Source: a virus
Lineage: Duplodnaviria > Caudoviricetes
Virus record (IMG/VR): IMGVR_UViG_3300043548_000091
Coordinates: 1,620-65,619 of that record
Reading direction: 5' to 3' (one strand)
DNA: 64,000 bases
Shown: positions 9,087 through 17,853 of the stretch, piece by piece
Position numbering within the stretch: the stretch's first letter is position 1
How the letters are laid out: each line of letters begins with the position of its first letter
The notes under the pieces: generated by a model
What the model was told of the DNA's origin: nothing
Seen by the model: only the letters and a program-made list of their open reading frames with translations
Database searches by the model: none
Position numbers and translations under genes: made by a program

Positions 9087-9551
9087 ATGATCGACCCCAT
9101 CACCGCATTTGCCACCGCGCAAGCTGCGGTCGCGGGCATTCAAAAGGCGATAAAACTTGGCAAGGACATCAATGGCCTCGTCGGCGAGTTCGGCAAATTT
9201 TTTGATGCGCGTGATGTAGTCCAGAAGGCGGCTAACGACAACGCCAAGTCTGGCAAGTCTGACACCGGGAGGGCTATGGAAATCGTGATGCAAGCCAACG
9301 CCCTGCGCGAAGCGGAGGAAGCGCTCAAACATCAGTTGGTCTACGGCGGATACCCCGAACTTTGGGAGATGATGCTCAAAGAACGGATGAAGATCAAACA
9401 GGCGCGGGAGAAAACCGAAAGAGCCGCCCGGATCGAACGCAAGCGTGTTGTTGCCCAGCGTCTTCTCATGGCGCAGATTGTTGGTGCAGCCATCACCGTC
9501 TGCATCCTTGGCTTCATCATCATACTCATCGTCAAGCAGGCCATGTCGTGA
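9087..9551 (+). CDS. Coiled-coil protein with C-terminal membrane anchor
   Basis: 154 aa starting MIDPITAFATA; hydrophobic C-terminus; lies in the lysis region. Confidence 0.7.
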   Translation: MIDPITAFATAQAAVAGIQKAIKLGKDINGLVGEFGKFFDARDVVQKAANDNAKSGKSDTGRAMEIVMQANALREAEEALKHQLVYGGYPELWEMMLKERMKIKQAREKTERAARIERKRVVAQRLLMAQIVGAAITVCILGFIIILIVKQAMS

Positions 9552-10162
9552 GCGAAGAGAAGACGCAGATTACTGTGTTGGATAGGGTCCTCAGTTATGT
9601 GGACTCGCCCTTCAAGCTGTTCGCCATCCTGCTGATGGCCGTCTTCACCTTCGTCGGCTACTTTGTCTGGCAAAACCAAGCGTTCCTGATTGGAGCCTAC
9701 AAGGAACAGCAAAAGCTACCCAGCATCGCCGAGGACCGGGTGGAGGATGCGGCGGCGCACCTTTTTAAAAACACCGACGCTGCGGTGGTCGCCATCTTCA
9801 AGGTGAACCCCATGTTTGGCACCCGAATCCTGTATCGGGCCTACACCAAAGACGGCAGGGATAAGACGCACGAGGGATTGGATGTGGGCCTCTTCACCAG
9901 TAATGCGGCAAACAACAGGGACGTTGTGGCGTTGATGGCAAGCGAGGTTCCATGCGGCCCTTACAAAACCGCCCAGAGCGAGATCGGGCTGTGGTATATG
10001 GAGAAGGGTATGACTTACGGGTGCCGCATCAGCGTGCCGCCGGAGCAGGGCAAGTTCGTGGGGCAGATCACGGTGGGCTGGAAGGAAGAGCCGCCGGATG
10101 TGGATCAGTATCGGGTTCTCTTGCAAATCGCCGCAACCATGTTGTCAAGGAGCAAACAGTAA
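9548..10162 (+). CDS. Putative T4 gpT-like holin (single TM helix plus soluble GAF-like domain)
   Basis: GTG start overlapping the upstream stop; one TM helix (FKLFAILLMAVFTFVGYFVW) then a GAF-like ending (CRISVPP..FVGQITVGW); next to the endolysin. Confidence 0.55.
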   Translation: MSEEKTQITVLDRVLSYVDSPFKLFAILLMAVFTFVGYFVWQNQAFLIGAYKEQQKLPSIAEDRVEDAAAHLFKNTDAAVVAIFKVNPMFGTRILYRAYTKDGRDKTHEGLDVGLFTSNAANNRDVVALMASEVPCGPYKTAQSEIGLWYMEKGMTYGCRISVPPEQGKFVGQITVGWKEEPPDVDQYRVLLQIAATMLSRSKQ

Positions 10163-10659
10163 TGGAATGGCTCAAACAAATCGCCCCCACTGTCGCCACT
10201 GCGCTGGGCGGCCCGCTGGCAGGCATGGCAGTTTCTGCCATCTCCAAAGCTATTGGCGTGGAACCGGAGAAGGTCGGCGACCTCATCTCCAACAACAAAC
10301 TGACCGCTGAGCAGATCGCGCAGGTCAAACTGGCCGAGATCGAACTCCAAAAACAAGCGCAGGAGTTGGGCCTGAACTTCGAAAAGCTGGCGGTGGACGA
10401 CCGCAAAAGCGCTCGGGATATGCAGATGGCGACCCGTTCTTGGGTTCCGCCTTTGCTTGCGGCGGCGGTGACGGTCGGGTTCTTCGGCATCCTTGTGATG
10501 ATGCTGCTGGGCAAGGTGGACTCCAACAACCCGCCTATCCTGATGATGTTGGGCAGCCTCGGCACCGCGTGGACCGGCATCATCGCGTATTATTTTGGTT
10601 CTAGCGCTGGCTCTCAGGCTAAAACTGACCTCCTATCTAAAGCACCTGCAATTAAATGA
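10162..10659 (+). CDS. Holin (GTA 3TM-like)
   Basis: MEWLKQIAPTVATALGGPLAG..DRKSARDM..TM helices..IIAYYFGSS; directly upstream of the endolysin. Confidence 0.7.
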   Translation: MEWLKQIAPTVATALGGPLAGMAVSAISKAIGVEPEKVGDLISNNKLTAEQIAQVKLAEIELQKQAQELGLNFEKLAVDDRKSARDMQMATRSWVPPLLAAAVTVGFFGILVMMLLGKVDSNNPPILMMLGSLGTAWTGIIAYYFGSSAGSQAKTDLLSKAPAIK

Positions 10660-11258
10660 TGAGCCTCGCCAACACCCTCGCCAAACTCAAGATCAGCGTT
10701 GACTGGGTCGAACCTCTGGAAGAGGTCTTCCACCGCTACGAGATCAACACCCCCGAGCGCCAAGCTGCGTTTATCGGGCAGTGCGCCCATGAGTCCATGA
10801 ACTTCACCCGGTTGGAGGAGAACATGAACTACTCCGCCGAAGCGCTGATGAAGACATGGCCGAGCCGGTTCCCGACGATGGAAGTTGCCAAACAGTACGC
10901 CCGCAACCCCGAGAAAATTGCCAACAAGGTCTACGGCGGGCGCATGGGCAACGGAACCGAAGAGACCGGGGATGGTTGGCTGTACCACGGGCGCGGGCTG
11001 ATCCAACTGACCGGCAAGGACAACTACACGCTGGCCGGGGACGCCTTGAACATGGACTTCCTCCATAGCCCTGACTACGTGCTGGTTCCTAAGTATGCGG
11101 CCTTGACCGCCGGGTGGTACTGGAACAAGCGCCAGCTTAATAAAGAGGCTGATGCGAAAGACTACACCGGGATGACAAAGAAGATCAACGGCGGTACCAT
11201 TGGGCTAGACGACCGGATTGCGCACATCAAGCACGCGCAAGAGGTTATGACCGCATAA
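10656..11258 (+). CDS. Endolysin, glycoside hydrolase family 19
   Basis: AAFIGQCAHES, YGGRMGN, GRGLIQLTGKDNY and TKKINGG motifs. Confidence 0.92.
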   Translation: MMSLANTLAKLKISVDWVEPLEEVFHRYEINTPERQAAFIGQCAHESMNFTRLEENMNYSAEALMKTWPSRFPTMEVAKQYARNPEKIANKVYGGRMGNGTEETGDGWLYHGRGLIQLTGKDNYTLAGDALNMDFLHSPDYVLVPKYAALTAGWYWNKRQLNKEADAKDYTGMTKKINGGTIGLDDRIAHIKHAQEVMTA

Positions 11259-11268
11259 AGGGGCTTCG

Positions 11269-13614
11269 ATGCCGCTTCAGAAAATTCTGTTCAAACCCGG
11301 CGTTAACCGCGAGAACACCCGCTACACCACGGAAGGCGGCTGGTACTCGTGTGACAAGGTGCGCTTTCGTCAAGGCACGCCTGAAAAGCTCGGCGGGTGG
11401 GAGCAGATTTCGCCGTACACCTACGAGGGCGTGTGTCGTTCGTTGTGGACTTGGGGCACGATCACCGTCCCGACGGTGCTCACTGGAGTTGGCACCAACA
11501 AGAAGTTCTACATCGAAGAAGGTGGCGGATACAACGACATCACGCCGATCCGCGAGTATGCGGGACCTTTGAGCAATCCATTCGTTGCCACAACGGGTTC
11601 AACCACCATTACTGTGACGGACACCGCGCATGGCTGCTCGACTGGCGACTACGTGTCTTTTATTGGTGCGCAAGCGCTGAGCACGCAGACCTTCACTCGG
11701 TCAACAGCCACTGACTTCATTCTTTCTAGCGCGCTGGCTAACAACACGCCCGTCCTTCTCTCGGTTTCCGCTGGTGGGTCTTTGCCGACCGGCTTGCTCA
11801 CGGGGGTGGTCTATTACATCCGCGTGGTAGCTGGCACCACGGTGAACTTTGCCAACGTGGTGGACGGCGCGGCGATCAGCACGTCCTCGGCAGGCTCGGG
11901 GACCTTCTCGCTGGAGGTGGACCAAGGCATCACCTCGGCGGTGCTCAACTCAAACTTCGCGGTCACGGTTGTCAACACCAATAGCTACACGATCACGGCT
12001 TCGGTGGCAGCTACGGCCTACGATGTGGGTGGGGGTGGCACGGCAGTGCGCGCTGCCTACGAGGTGCCGGTGGGCAACGAGACTGTTACGCCGCTCAGTG
12101 GCTGGGGCGCAGGGGCTTGGGGTAGCGGTCCGTGGGGTATTGGCACATCCACGCTGGTGGGCGCACGGCTTTGGTACCAGAACAACTTTGGCGAAGACCT
12201 GATCTTTGGCTATCGCGGCAGCGCGTTGTATTACTGGAACGCCAAGATTGGTACGACACCTCAAGTGTTTACGGTGACGATTGCGTCCCCGGGCGTGGTG
12301 ACATTCACGAGTTCCGAGTTGGTTGACGGCACTGCTGTGGTGTTGGAGACGACGGGCGCACTGCCTACGGGCCTCACGGTGGGCACGGTCTACTACGTGG
12401 TCAACGCGGTCAGCAACGTGTGCAACTTGGCGGCAACGCCCGGCGGCGCGGCCATCACTACGACGGGTGCTCAGTCTGGCACGCACTATGTTTCGCCGCG
12501 CGGCATCCCGGTGGCAAGTTTGGCTGGGGCGTCGGACGTGCCGGTGGTGGTCAACAACATGACGGTGTCCGACGTGAGCCGGTTCGTGTTCGCGTTTGGC
12601 TGCAACCCGCTGGGCGAGACCGAGCTTGACCCCATGCTGATCCGCTGGAGTGATCAGGAATCGGTGGTGAACTGGACCCCGGCGGCGACCAACCAAGCAG
12701 GCGGCACGCGCCTGTCCCACGGCTCCGAGATTCGCTCCCACGTGCAGACCCGACAGGAGATCGTGGTGTTCACGGACGCCTCGGTGTATTCGTTGCAGTA
12801 CCTCGGGCCGCCGTTTGTCTGGGGCGCTCAACTTCTGGGCGACAACACCTCGATCGCAGGTATCAACACGGTGTCGGTGGCCTCGGGCGTCGTGTTCTGG
12901 ATGGGCGTGGACAAGTTCTACCGCTACGACGGTCGGGTGCAGACGCTGCGTTGTGACTTGCGCCAGTACATCTACGGCGACATCAACCTTGCTCAGCAGG
13001 ACCAGTTCTTCTCGGGTACCGACGAGGGCTTCAACGAGGTGTGGTGGTTCTACTGCTCGGCCAACTCCACCGTGATTGACCGCTACGTCATCTACAACTA
13101 TGCCGAGGACATCTGGTACTACGGCACGATGGGGCGCACGGCGTGGATTGACTCGGGGCTGAACCTGTACCCGTTGGCTGCGACGTACTCCAACAACTTG
13201 GTGTTCCACGAACTGGGTGTTGACGACAACGTCTCGGGCACTCCGGCGGCCATCGACTCGTACATCACGTCTTCGGAGTTTGACATTCAGGATGGCCAGA
13301 ACTTCGGTTTCATCTGGCGCTTGATCCCCGACATCACGTTCCGTGGCTCCACGGCGGCCAGCCCGCAAGTGACGATGACGCTGCTGCCGATGCAGAACTC
13401 CGGCTCGGGCTACAACACGCCCCCGTCCGTGGGGGGCCAAGACAGCGCGCCTGTGGTGCGTGGCGCTACAGTACCAATCGAGCAGTTCACCGGGCAGGTG
13501 TACATCCGTGTTCGCGGACGGCAGATGTCGTTCAAGGTGGCGGGCAATCAGGTGGGCCTTCAGTGGCAGCTTGGCGCGCCGCGTATCGACATCAAGCCCG
13601 ACGGCAGAAGGTAA
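11269..13614 (+). CDS. Tail hub / stabilization protein (P22 gp10, tubular B-like) with inserted beta domains
   Basis: 781 aa; FKPGVNRE..EGGW..DKVRFR..PEK.GGW start, IRWSDQE, and LG.PRIDI.PDGRR end. Confidence 0.75.
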   Translation: MPLQKILFKPGVNRENTRYTTEGGWYSCDKVRFRQGTPEKLGGWEQISPYTYEGVCRSLWTWGTITVPTVLTGVGTNKKFYIEEGGGYNDITPIREYAGPLSNPFVATTGSTTITVTDTAHGCSTGDYVSFIGAQALSTQTFTRSTATDFILSSALANNTPVLLSVSAGGSLPTGLLTGVVYYIRVVAGTTVNFANVVDGAAISTSSAGSGTFSLEVDQGITSAVLNSNFAVTVVNTNSYTITASVAATAYDVGGGGTAVRAAYEVPVGNETVTPLSGWGAGAWGSGPWGIGTSTLVGARLWYQNNFGEDLIFGYRGSALYYWNAKIGTTPQVFTVTIASPGVVTFTSSELVDGTAVVLETTGALPTGLTVGTVYYVVNAVSNVCNLAATPGGAAITTTGAQSGTHYVSPRGIPVASLAGASDVPVVVNNMTVSDVSRFVFAFGCNPLGETELDPMLIRWSDQESVVNWTPAATNQAGGTRLSHGSEIRSHVQTRQEIVVFTDASVYSLQYLGPPFVWGAQLLGDNTSIAGINTVSVASGVVFWMGVDKFYRYDGRVQTLRCDLRQYIYGDINLAQQDQFFSGTDEGFNEVWWFYCSANSTVIDRYVIYNYAEDIWYYGTMGRTAWIDSGLNLYPLAATYSNNLVFHELGVDDNVSGTPAAIDSYITSSEFDIQDGQNFGFIWRLIPDITFRGSTAASPQVTMTLLPMQNSGSGYNTPPSVGGQDSAPVVRGATVPIEQFTGQVYIRVRGRQMSFKVAGNQVGLQWQLGAPRIDIKPDGRR

Positions 13615-13618
13615 GCGC

Positions 13619-15007
13619 ATGACGTTTATTGTCACGACGGACTACACGCTTGACAGAGTTGCTGCGCCCAACTTGCCGGTGGCCCCGCCGCTGTGGAACC
13701 CGCAGTATCAGGACCAGTACAGCAACGTCCTGCGCCTGTACTTCAACCGGCTGGACACCATTCTGGGACGACTCATGGCGAACATCGACACCCTACCCGT
13801 ATCCATCGGGGGCACAAACGTAGACGCTTTTGGGCGGCTGCGGGTCAGCCAGCCCTACACCCTGTTTGACAGTCAGAACCGCTACGCTGCGGACAACCAA
13901 TTTGATGTAGCGACGACCGGGACGGGCACCACGACCTTTCTGTCTAACGAAGCTGCGGTCAAGATGGAAGTCACTGCGGGCGGCGTGGGGTCGGTTACCC
14001 GGCAGTCCTACCGCTCCTTTCCCTATCAACCGGGCAAGGGCCTACTGGTGCTGATGACGTTTGTGATGGACAGCAGCCAGAGCCTGAACCTCACCCAGCG
14101 AGCGGGCTACTACAACGACAACAACGGCGTGTTCTTCCAGCGGGTGGATGGAACTTACTCATTTGTGCTTCGGTCCAGTTCGACGCCTACCCCCGGCACA
14201 CCCAGCGATGTGCGGACGGTCAACCAATCAAGCTGGAACGGCGACAAACTGGATGGCACCGGGGCGTCTGGGCTGACTCTTGACCCGTCCAAGGCGCAGA
14301 TTTTGTGGATGGACTTTGAATGGTTGGGCGTGGGCTCCGTGCGCTGCGGCTTCATCATCAACGGCGAGTACATCGTCTGCCACACCTTTGAGAACGCCAA
14401 CGATATTACTAGTGTCTACATGACCACGGCTATCCTGCCCGTGCGTTACGAAATTAGTACTGCTACTTCGGCAGTGGCTGCTTCTATGAAGGCCATCTGC
14501 TGCTCGGTGGTCTCCGAGGGCGGCTTTGAACAAACGTCCATCGACCATGTGGCGCGGCGCACCACGATCCTGACCACCATCGGGACGACGTTCCTGCCCG
14601 TGGTCTCGATCCGGCTGGCGTCCGGGCGGACGGGCGCTGTGGTCCTGCCCAACCGGGTTCAGGTGCTGCCGACGACCAGCCAGAACTATGAGGTGGCGCT
14701 GGTCAAGAACCCCACCCTGACGGCAGCCACTTGGGCGGCTACGGTGCCTTCGGATTCCAATGTGGACTATGACGTTGCAGCCACCGCCATGACGGGGGGA
14801 ACGATTGTCCAGACTGACTACGTCACGGCTTCCGGATCAGGCGGCGTCCAAGACACCAGCGCCTCCACTGGATACAACTGGGACCTTCAGTTGGGGGCTT
14901 CAATTGCCGGGACGAGCGATATCTACACGGTTGCCGTCCGAACGGTTTCTGGGGCCACCACCGGGGATGTGGTGGGCTCTCTGTCCTTTTACGACCTGAC
15001 TCAGTAA
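13619..15007 (+). CDS. Tail needle/spike-like virion protein with lectin-like domain
   Basis: APNLP..Y..QYSNVLRLYFNRLD N-terminus fused to a DAFGRLRVS..YQPGK..WLGVG domain. Confidence 0.65.
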   Translation: MTFIVTTDYTLDRVAAPNLPVAPPLWNPQYQDQYSNVLRLYFNRLDTILGRLMANIDTLPVSIGGTNVDAFGRLRVSQPYTLFDSQNRYAADNQFDVATTGTGTTTFLSNEAAVKMEVTAGGVGSVTRQSYRSFPYQPGKGLLVLMTFVMDSSQSLNLTQRAGYYNDNNGVFFQRVDGTYSFVLRSSSTPTPGTPSDVRTVNQSSWNGDKLDGTGASGLTLDPSKAQILWMDFEWLGVGSVRCGFIINGEYIVCHTFENANDITSVYMTTAILPVRYEISTATSAVAASMKAICCSVVSEGGFEQTSIDHVARRTTILTTIGTTFLPVVSIRLASGRTGAVVLPNRVQVLPTTSQNYEVALVKNPTLTAATWAATVPSDSNVDYDVAATAMTGGTIVQTDYVTASGSGGVQDTSASTGYNWDLQLGASIAGTSDIYTVAVRTVSGATTGDVVGSLSFYDLTQ

Positions 15008-15036
15008 TTGCCTCTGAGAACCCCCCATGATACTAT
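15008..15036 (+). promoter_or_regulatory. Sigma70-like promoter for the ejection-protein operon
   Basis: TTGCCT-17 nt-TACTAT with extended TG, in the intergenic gap before 15065. Confidence 0.6.
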
Positions 15037-15064
15037 CGACTAACCCCTTTCCCGTGAGGCGCTC

Positions 15065-16447
15065 ATGAGCCTGAAACTTGCCGCCCAGCACCTTGCAAGC
15101 AAGGGTCGGGGCCCTGACACCACCCTCGTTCACATGGCCCCGCAAGAAGTTGCAGGGCTTCAAGCACTGGCGCGTGCACACGGCGGCACGCTGACCACCA
15201 ACCCTGACACTGGCCTGCCTGAAGCGGGCTTTCTTAAAGCCATTCTTCCAATCGTTGCTGGTGCAGCGCTCGGCCCTGCCGGTCTTGGTTTGACTGCAAT
15301 GCAAGCAGGTCTTGCAGCAGGCGCGCTGGGTACTGTTGCAACGGGCAGTTTGAAGCAGGGCCTGATGGCGGGTCTGGGCGCATACGGTGGCGCAGGCTTG
15401 ATGGGTTCGGTGATGGGCACTGGTAACGCGGCAGCAAGTGGAATGGCCGCAGGAGAAGCGGCGGGTGCAGGCGCGGCTGAAGCCGCAGCACAAATGACTC
15501 CCACTATGGGTGGCGTTGCCCCGCAAGGTATTGGTATGCCGATGTCTGCGGAAGCAGAGTTTGCTGGCACACTTTCTCCGGAAACGCAAAGTTTACTGAA
15601 CCGGTACCCAGCACCAATTGCCCCTGCCGCACCTGCTGCATCGGTGACTGACCCAGTCACTCGGATGAACATGCAAGTTGCACCGGGAGCGCCTACGGTT
15701 ATGAACAGCCCCGCATACGACCCGTCGATGGGCGTGCGCACAGTGCCCTATGAGCAGATGAAAGCTGCGGGATTGGGCGATGAGGCCATTCGACAAAGCG
15801 CTACCGAGTACGGTGCCAACATGAAAGGCTTTGCGCAGAATCCGTTCTCACAGGCCACCCAGCAGGCAATGGCAAGTCCTGTCAGCACGGGCATCAAAGC
15901 AATTGCCGACAAACCCGAGTTGTTGTTCAACAAAGAGAACCTCAAGTACGGTGCCGCTGCACTTGCGCCCGTCATGTTCCAAGAGCCGGAGAAGCGCGCT
16001 GGGTATACGGGTGGCGGACCCAACCCCTACGCGTACGAATACGATCCGGGCCGTCAGGCATACACGCCTTCGGCGGGTTCTTCGGAGCAAGCATATTTCA
16101 GGCCGCGCTACAACATGATGGCGGATGGCGGCCTTGCCGCGCTGTCTGGCGGTGGTGCCTCGCACCTTGGCGATTACTCCGATGGTGGCCGACTGCTGCG
16201 CGGTCCCGGTGATGGCGTGAGCGATGACATCCCTGCCACGATTGCAGACAAGCGCCCGGCGCGCTTGGCCGATGGTGAGTTTGTGGTGCCCGCAAGAATT
16301 GTTTCCGAGTTGGGCAACGGCTCGACTGATGCCGGTGCACGCAAGCTCTACGCAATGATGGACCGCGTGCAGAAGAATCGCAGCAAGACTGTAGGCAAGA
16401 ACAAGGTGGCGGTGGATAGCCGCTCTGAGAAGCTGCTGCCCGCATGA
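15065..16447 (+). CDS. Internal virion / ejection protein
   Basis: GRGPDTTLVHM..NPDTGLPEA N-terminus, Gly/Ala-rich hydrophobic stretch, and GPGDGVSDDIPA..LADGEFV C-terminus. Confidence 0.7.
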   Translation: MSLKLAAQHLASKGRGPDTTLVHMAPQEVAGLQALARAHGGTLTTNPDTGLPEAGFLKAILPIVAGAALGPAGLGLTAMQAGLAAGALGTVATGSLKQGLMAGLGAYGGAGLMGSVMGTGNAAASGMAAGEAAGAGAAEAAAQMTPTMGGVAPQGIGMPMSAEAEFAGTLSPETQSLLNRYPAPIAPAAPAASVTDPVTRMNMQVAPGAPTVMNSPAYDPSMGVRTVPYEQMKAAGLGDEAIRQSATEYGANMKGFAQNPFSQATQQAMASPVSTGIKAIADKPELLFNKENLKYGAAALAPVMFQEPEKRAGYTGGGPNPYAYEYDPGRQAYTPSAGSSEQAYFRPRYNMMADGGLAALSGGGASHLGDYSDGGRLLRGPGDGVSDDIPATIADKRPARLADGEFVVPARIVSELGNGSTDAGARKLYAMMDRVQKNRSKTVGKNKVAVDSRSEKLLPA

Positions 16448-16908
16448 CGGTCCAGTACGCCATCGAAGACCCCGCGACCTTTATCGAGGAATTCAAAGTG
16501 CTCGCGCCCGCTCACTACGAAGAGTTGTGCGTGACCAAGGACTTCCCGATGGACCCGGACCTTGAGGCGTATGGCAGGCTGCATGTGGCAGGCATGCTCA
16601 AGTGTGTGACGGCGCGCGACGATGAGGAACTGGTGGGTTACGCCATCTTCATTGTTCAGCCCCATCTGCACTACAGGTCTTGCAAGACGGCATTTGAGGA
16701 TTTGTATTTCCTCAAGAAGACACATCGACTGGGCCGCACGGGCATCCGGCTGTTCCAGTTCGCAGAAGAAGCGCTTCGCGCAGAAGGGGTGCACCGCATC
16801 ATCTTCCACACGAAGGTGCATTTGGACAACTCGCGGCTGTTTGAGTACTTGGGCTACAAGCACACGGACAAGCTGTACACGAAAATTTTGAGTACGGAGT
16901 CAGTATGA
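16444..16908 (+). CDS. GNAT-fold acyltransferase (positional equivalent of P22 gp14)
   Basis: ELVGY..FEDLYFL..HRLGRTGIRL..AEE..LFEYLGY matches GNAT motifs. Confidence 0.8.
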   Translation: MTVQYAIEDPATFIEEFKVLAPAHYEELCVTKDFPMDPDLEAYGRLHVAGMLKCVTARDDEELVGYAIFIVQPHLHYRSCKTAFEDLYFLKKTHRLGRTGIRLFQFAEEALRAEGVHRIIFHTKVHLDNSRLFEYLGYKHTDKLYTKILSTESV

Positions 16909-17843
16909 GCTACTCACGGAAACAGCTTGAAGCGTTTGGCGAACCTCTTGGCGAGTGCGTCACGCGTAAGCGTGAGGATGGCCGTTACATCTGCGGTGGT
17001 GGCGGTAGCAGCGCGCCGCCCGAGAAAACCACGCAGGTCACGGACCTGCCGGACTGGGCCAAGCCGTCAGCGCAAAAACTGCTGGGCAAGGCCGAGGCAC
17101 TCACGGACATCAACGCCAATCCGTACCAGCAGTACCGGGGCGAGCGCATCGCAGGCTTTACCCCGCTGCAACAGCAAGCGTTCACGGGTGTTTCGCAGAT
17201 GGACGCGGGCCCGGAAGGTTTTGCCCGGCAGGTGGGCGGCTACATGTCGCCGTTCATGCAGAACGTGGTGGACCGCGAAAAGCTCGAAGCCGCCCGTGCT
17301 TCTCAAATGCTGGGTCAGCAGCAGCAGGCGCAGGCTACTCAGGCAGGTGCGTTTGGTGGCTATCGTGAAGGCATTCAACGTGCCGAGCGCGAGCGCGGGC
17401 TTCGCAGCCAACTGCAAGACATCCAGTCTAGGGGTCTGCAAGCCGCATACGACCGCGCAGCGGACCAGTTCCGTACCGGCATCACGCAGGGTCTGGCCGT
17501 GGGCCAGCAGCAAGCCGCGCTGGGCAGTCAGCAACAGCAGCTTGAGCAAGGTCGCCTGAGCCAGCAGTATCAGGACTTCCAGAACCAGCAGCGCTTCCCG
17601 TACCAGCAGTTGGAGTTCATGTCCAACATCCTGCGCGGCACCCCCATGGGCTCGGTGCAGAGCCTGTATAACCCGACGCCCACTTTCGGTTCGCAACTGA
17701 TTGGCGCGGGCACTGCTGCGCTGGGTGCGTCTCGTCTGCTCGGGGCCAAGGAAGGCGGCATTATGGACGCAGAGGTCAAACCTGCGAAGAAGAAAAAAGG
17801 CAAGCCTGCGGGCCTTGCCGAACTGGCCATGACCAAGATTTGA
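16905..17843 (+). CDS. DNA ejection protein (P22 gp7-like position)
   Basis: Leader followed by GGGGSS; Gln-rich body with YMSPFMQNVVD, AGAFGG and YQDF..Q..FPYQQL. Confidence 0.7.
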   Translation: MSYSRKQLEAFGEPLGECVTRKREDGRYICGGGGSSAPPEKTTQVTDLPDWAKPSAQKLLGKAEALTDINANPYQQYRGERIAGFTPLQQQAFTGVSQMDAGPEGFARQVGGYMSPFMQNVVDREKLEAARASQMLGQQQQAQATQAGAFGGYREGIQRAERERGLRSQLQDIQSRGLQAAYDRAADQFRTGITQGLAVGQQQAALGSQQQQLEQGRLSQQYQDFQNQQRFPYQQLEFMSNILRGTPMGSVQSLYNPTPTFGSQLIGAGTAALGASRLLGAKEGGIMDAEVKPAKKKKGKPAGLAELAMTKI

Positions 17844-17853
17844 GGGCCGCGCC

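Noticed and set aside
11950-13635. 561-aa minus-strand ORF
   Set aside because: Antisense shadow of the GC3-rich tail hub gene; no motifs or RBS.
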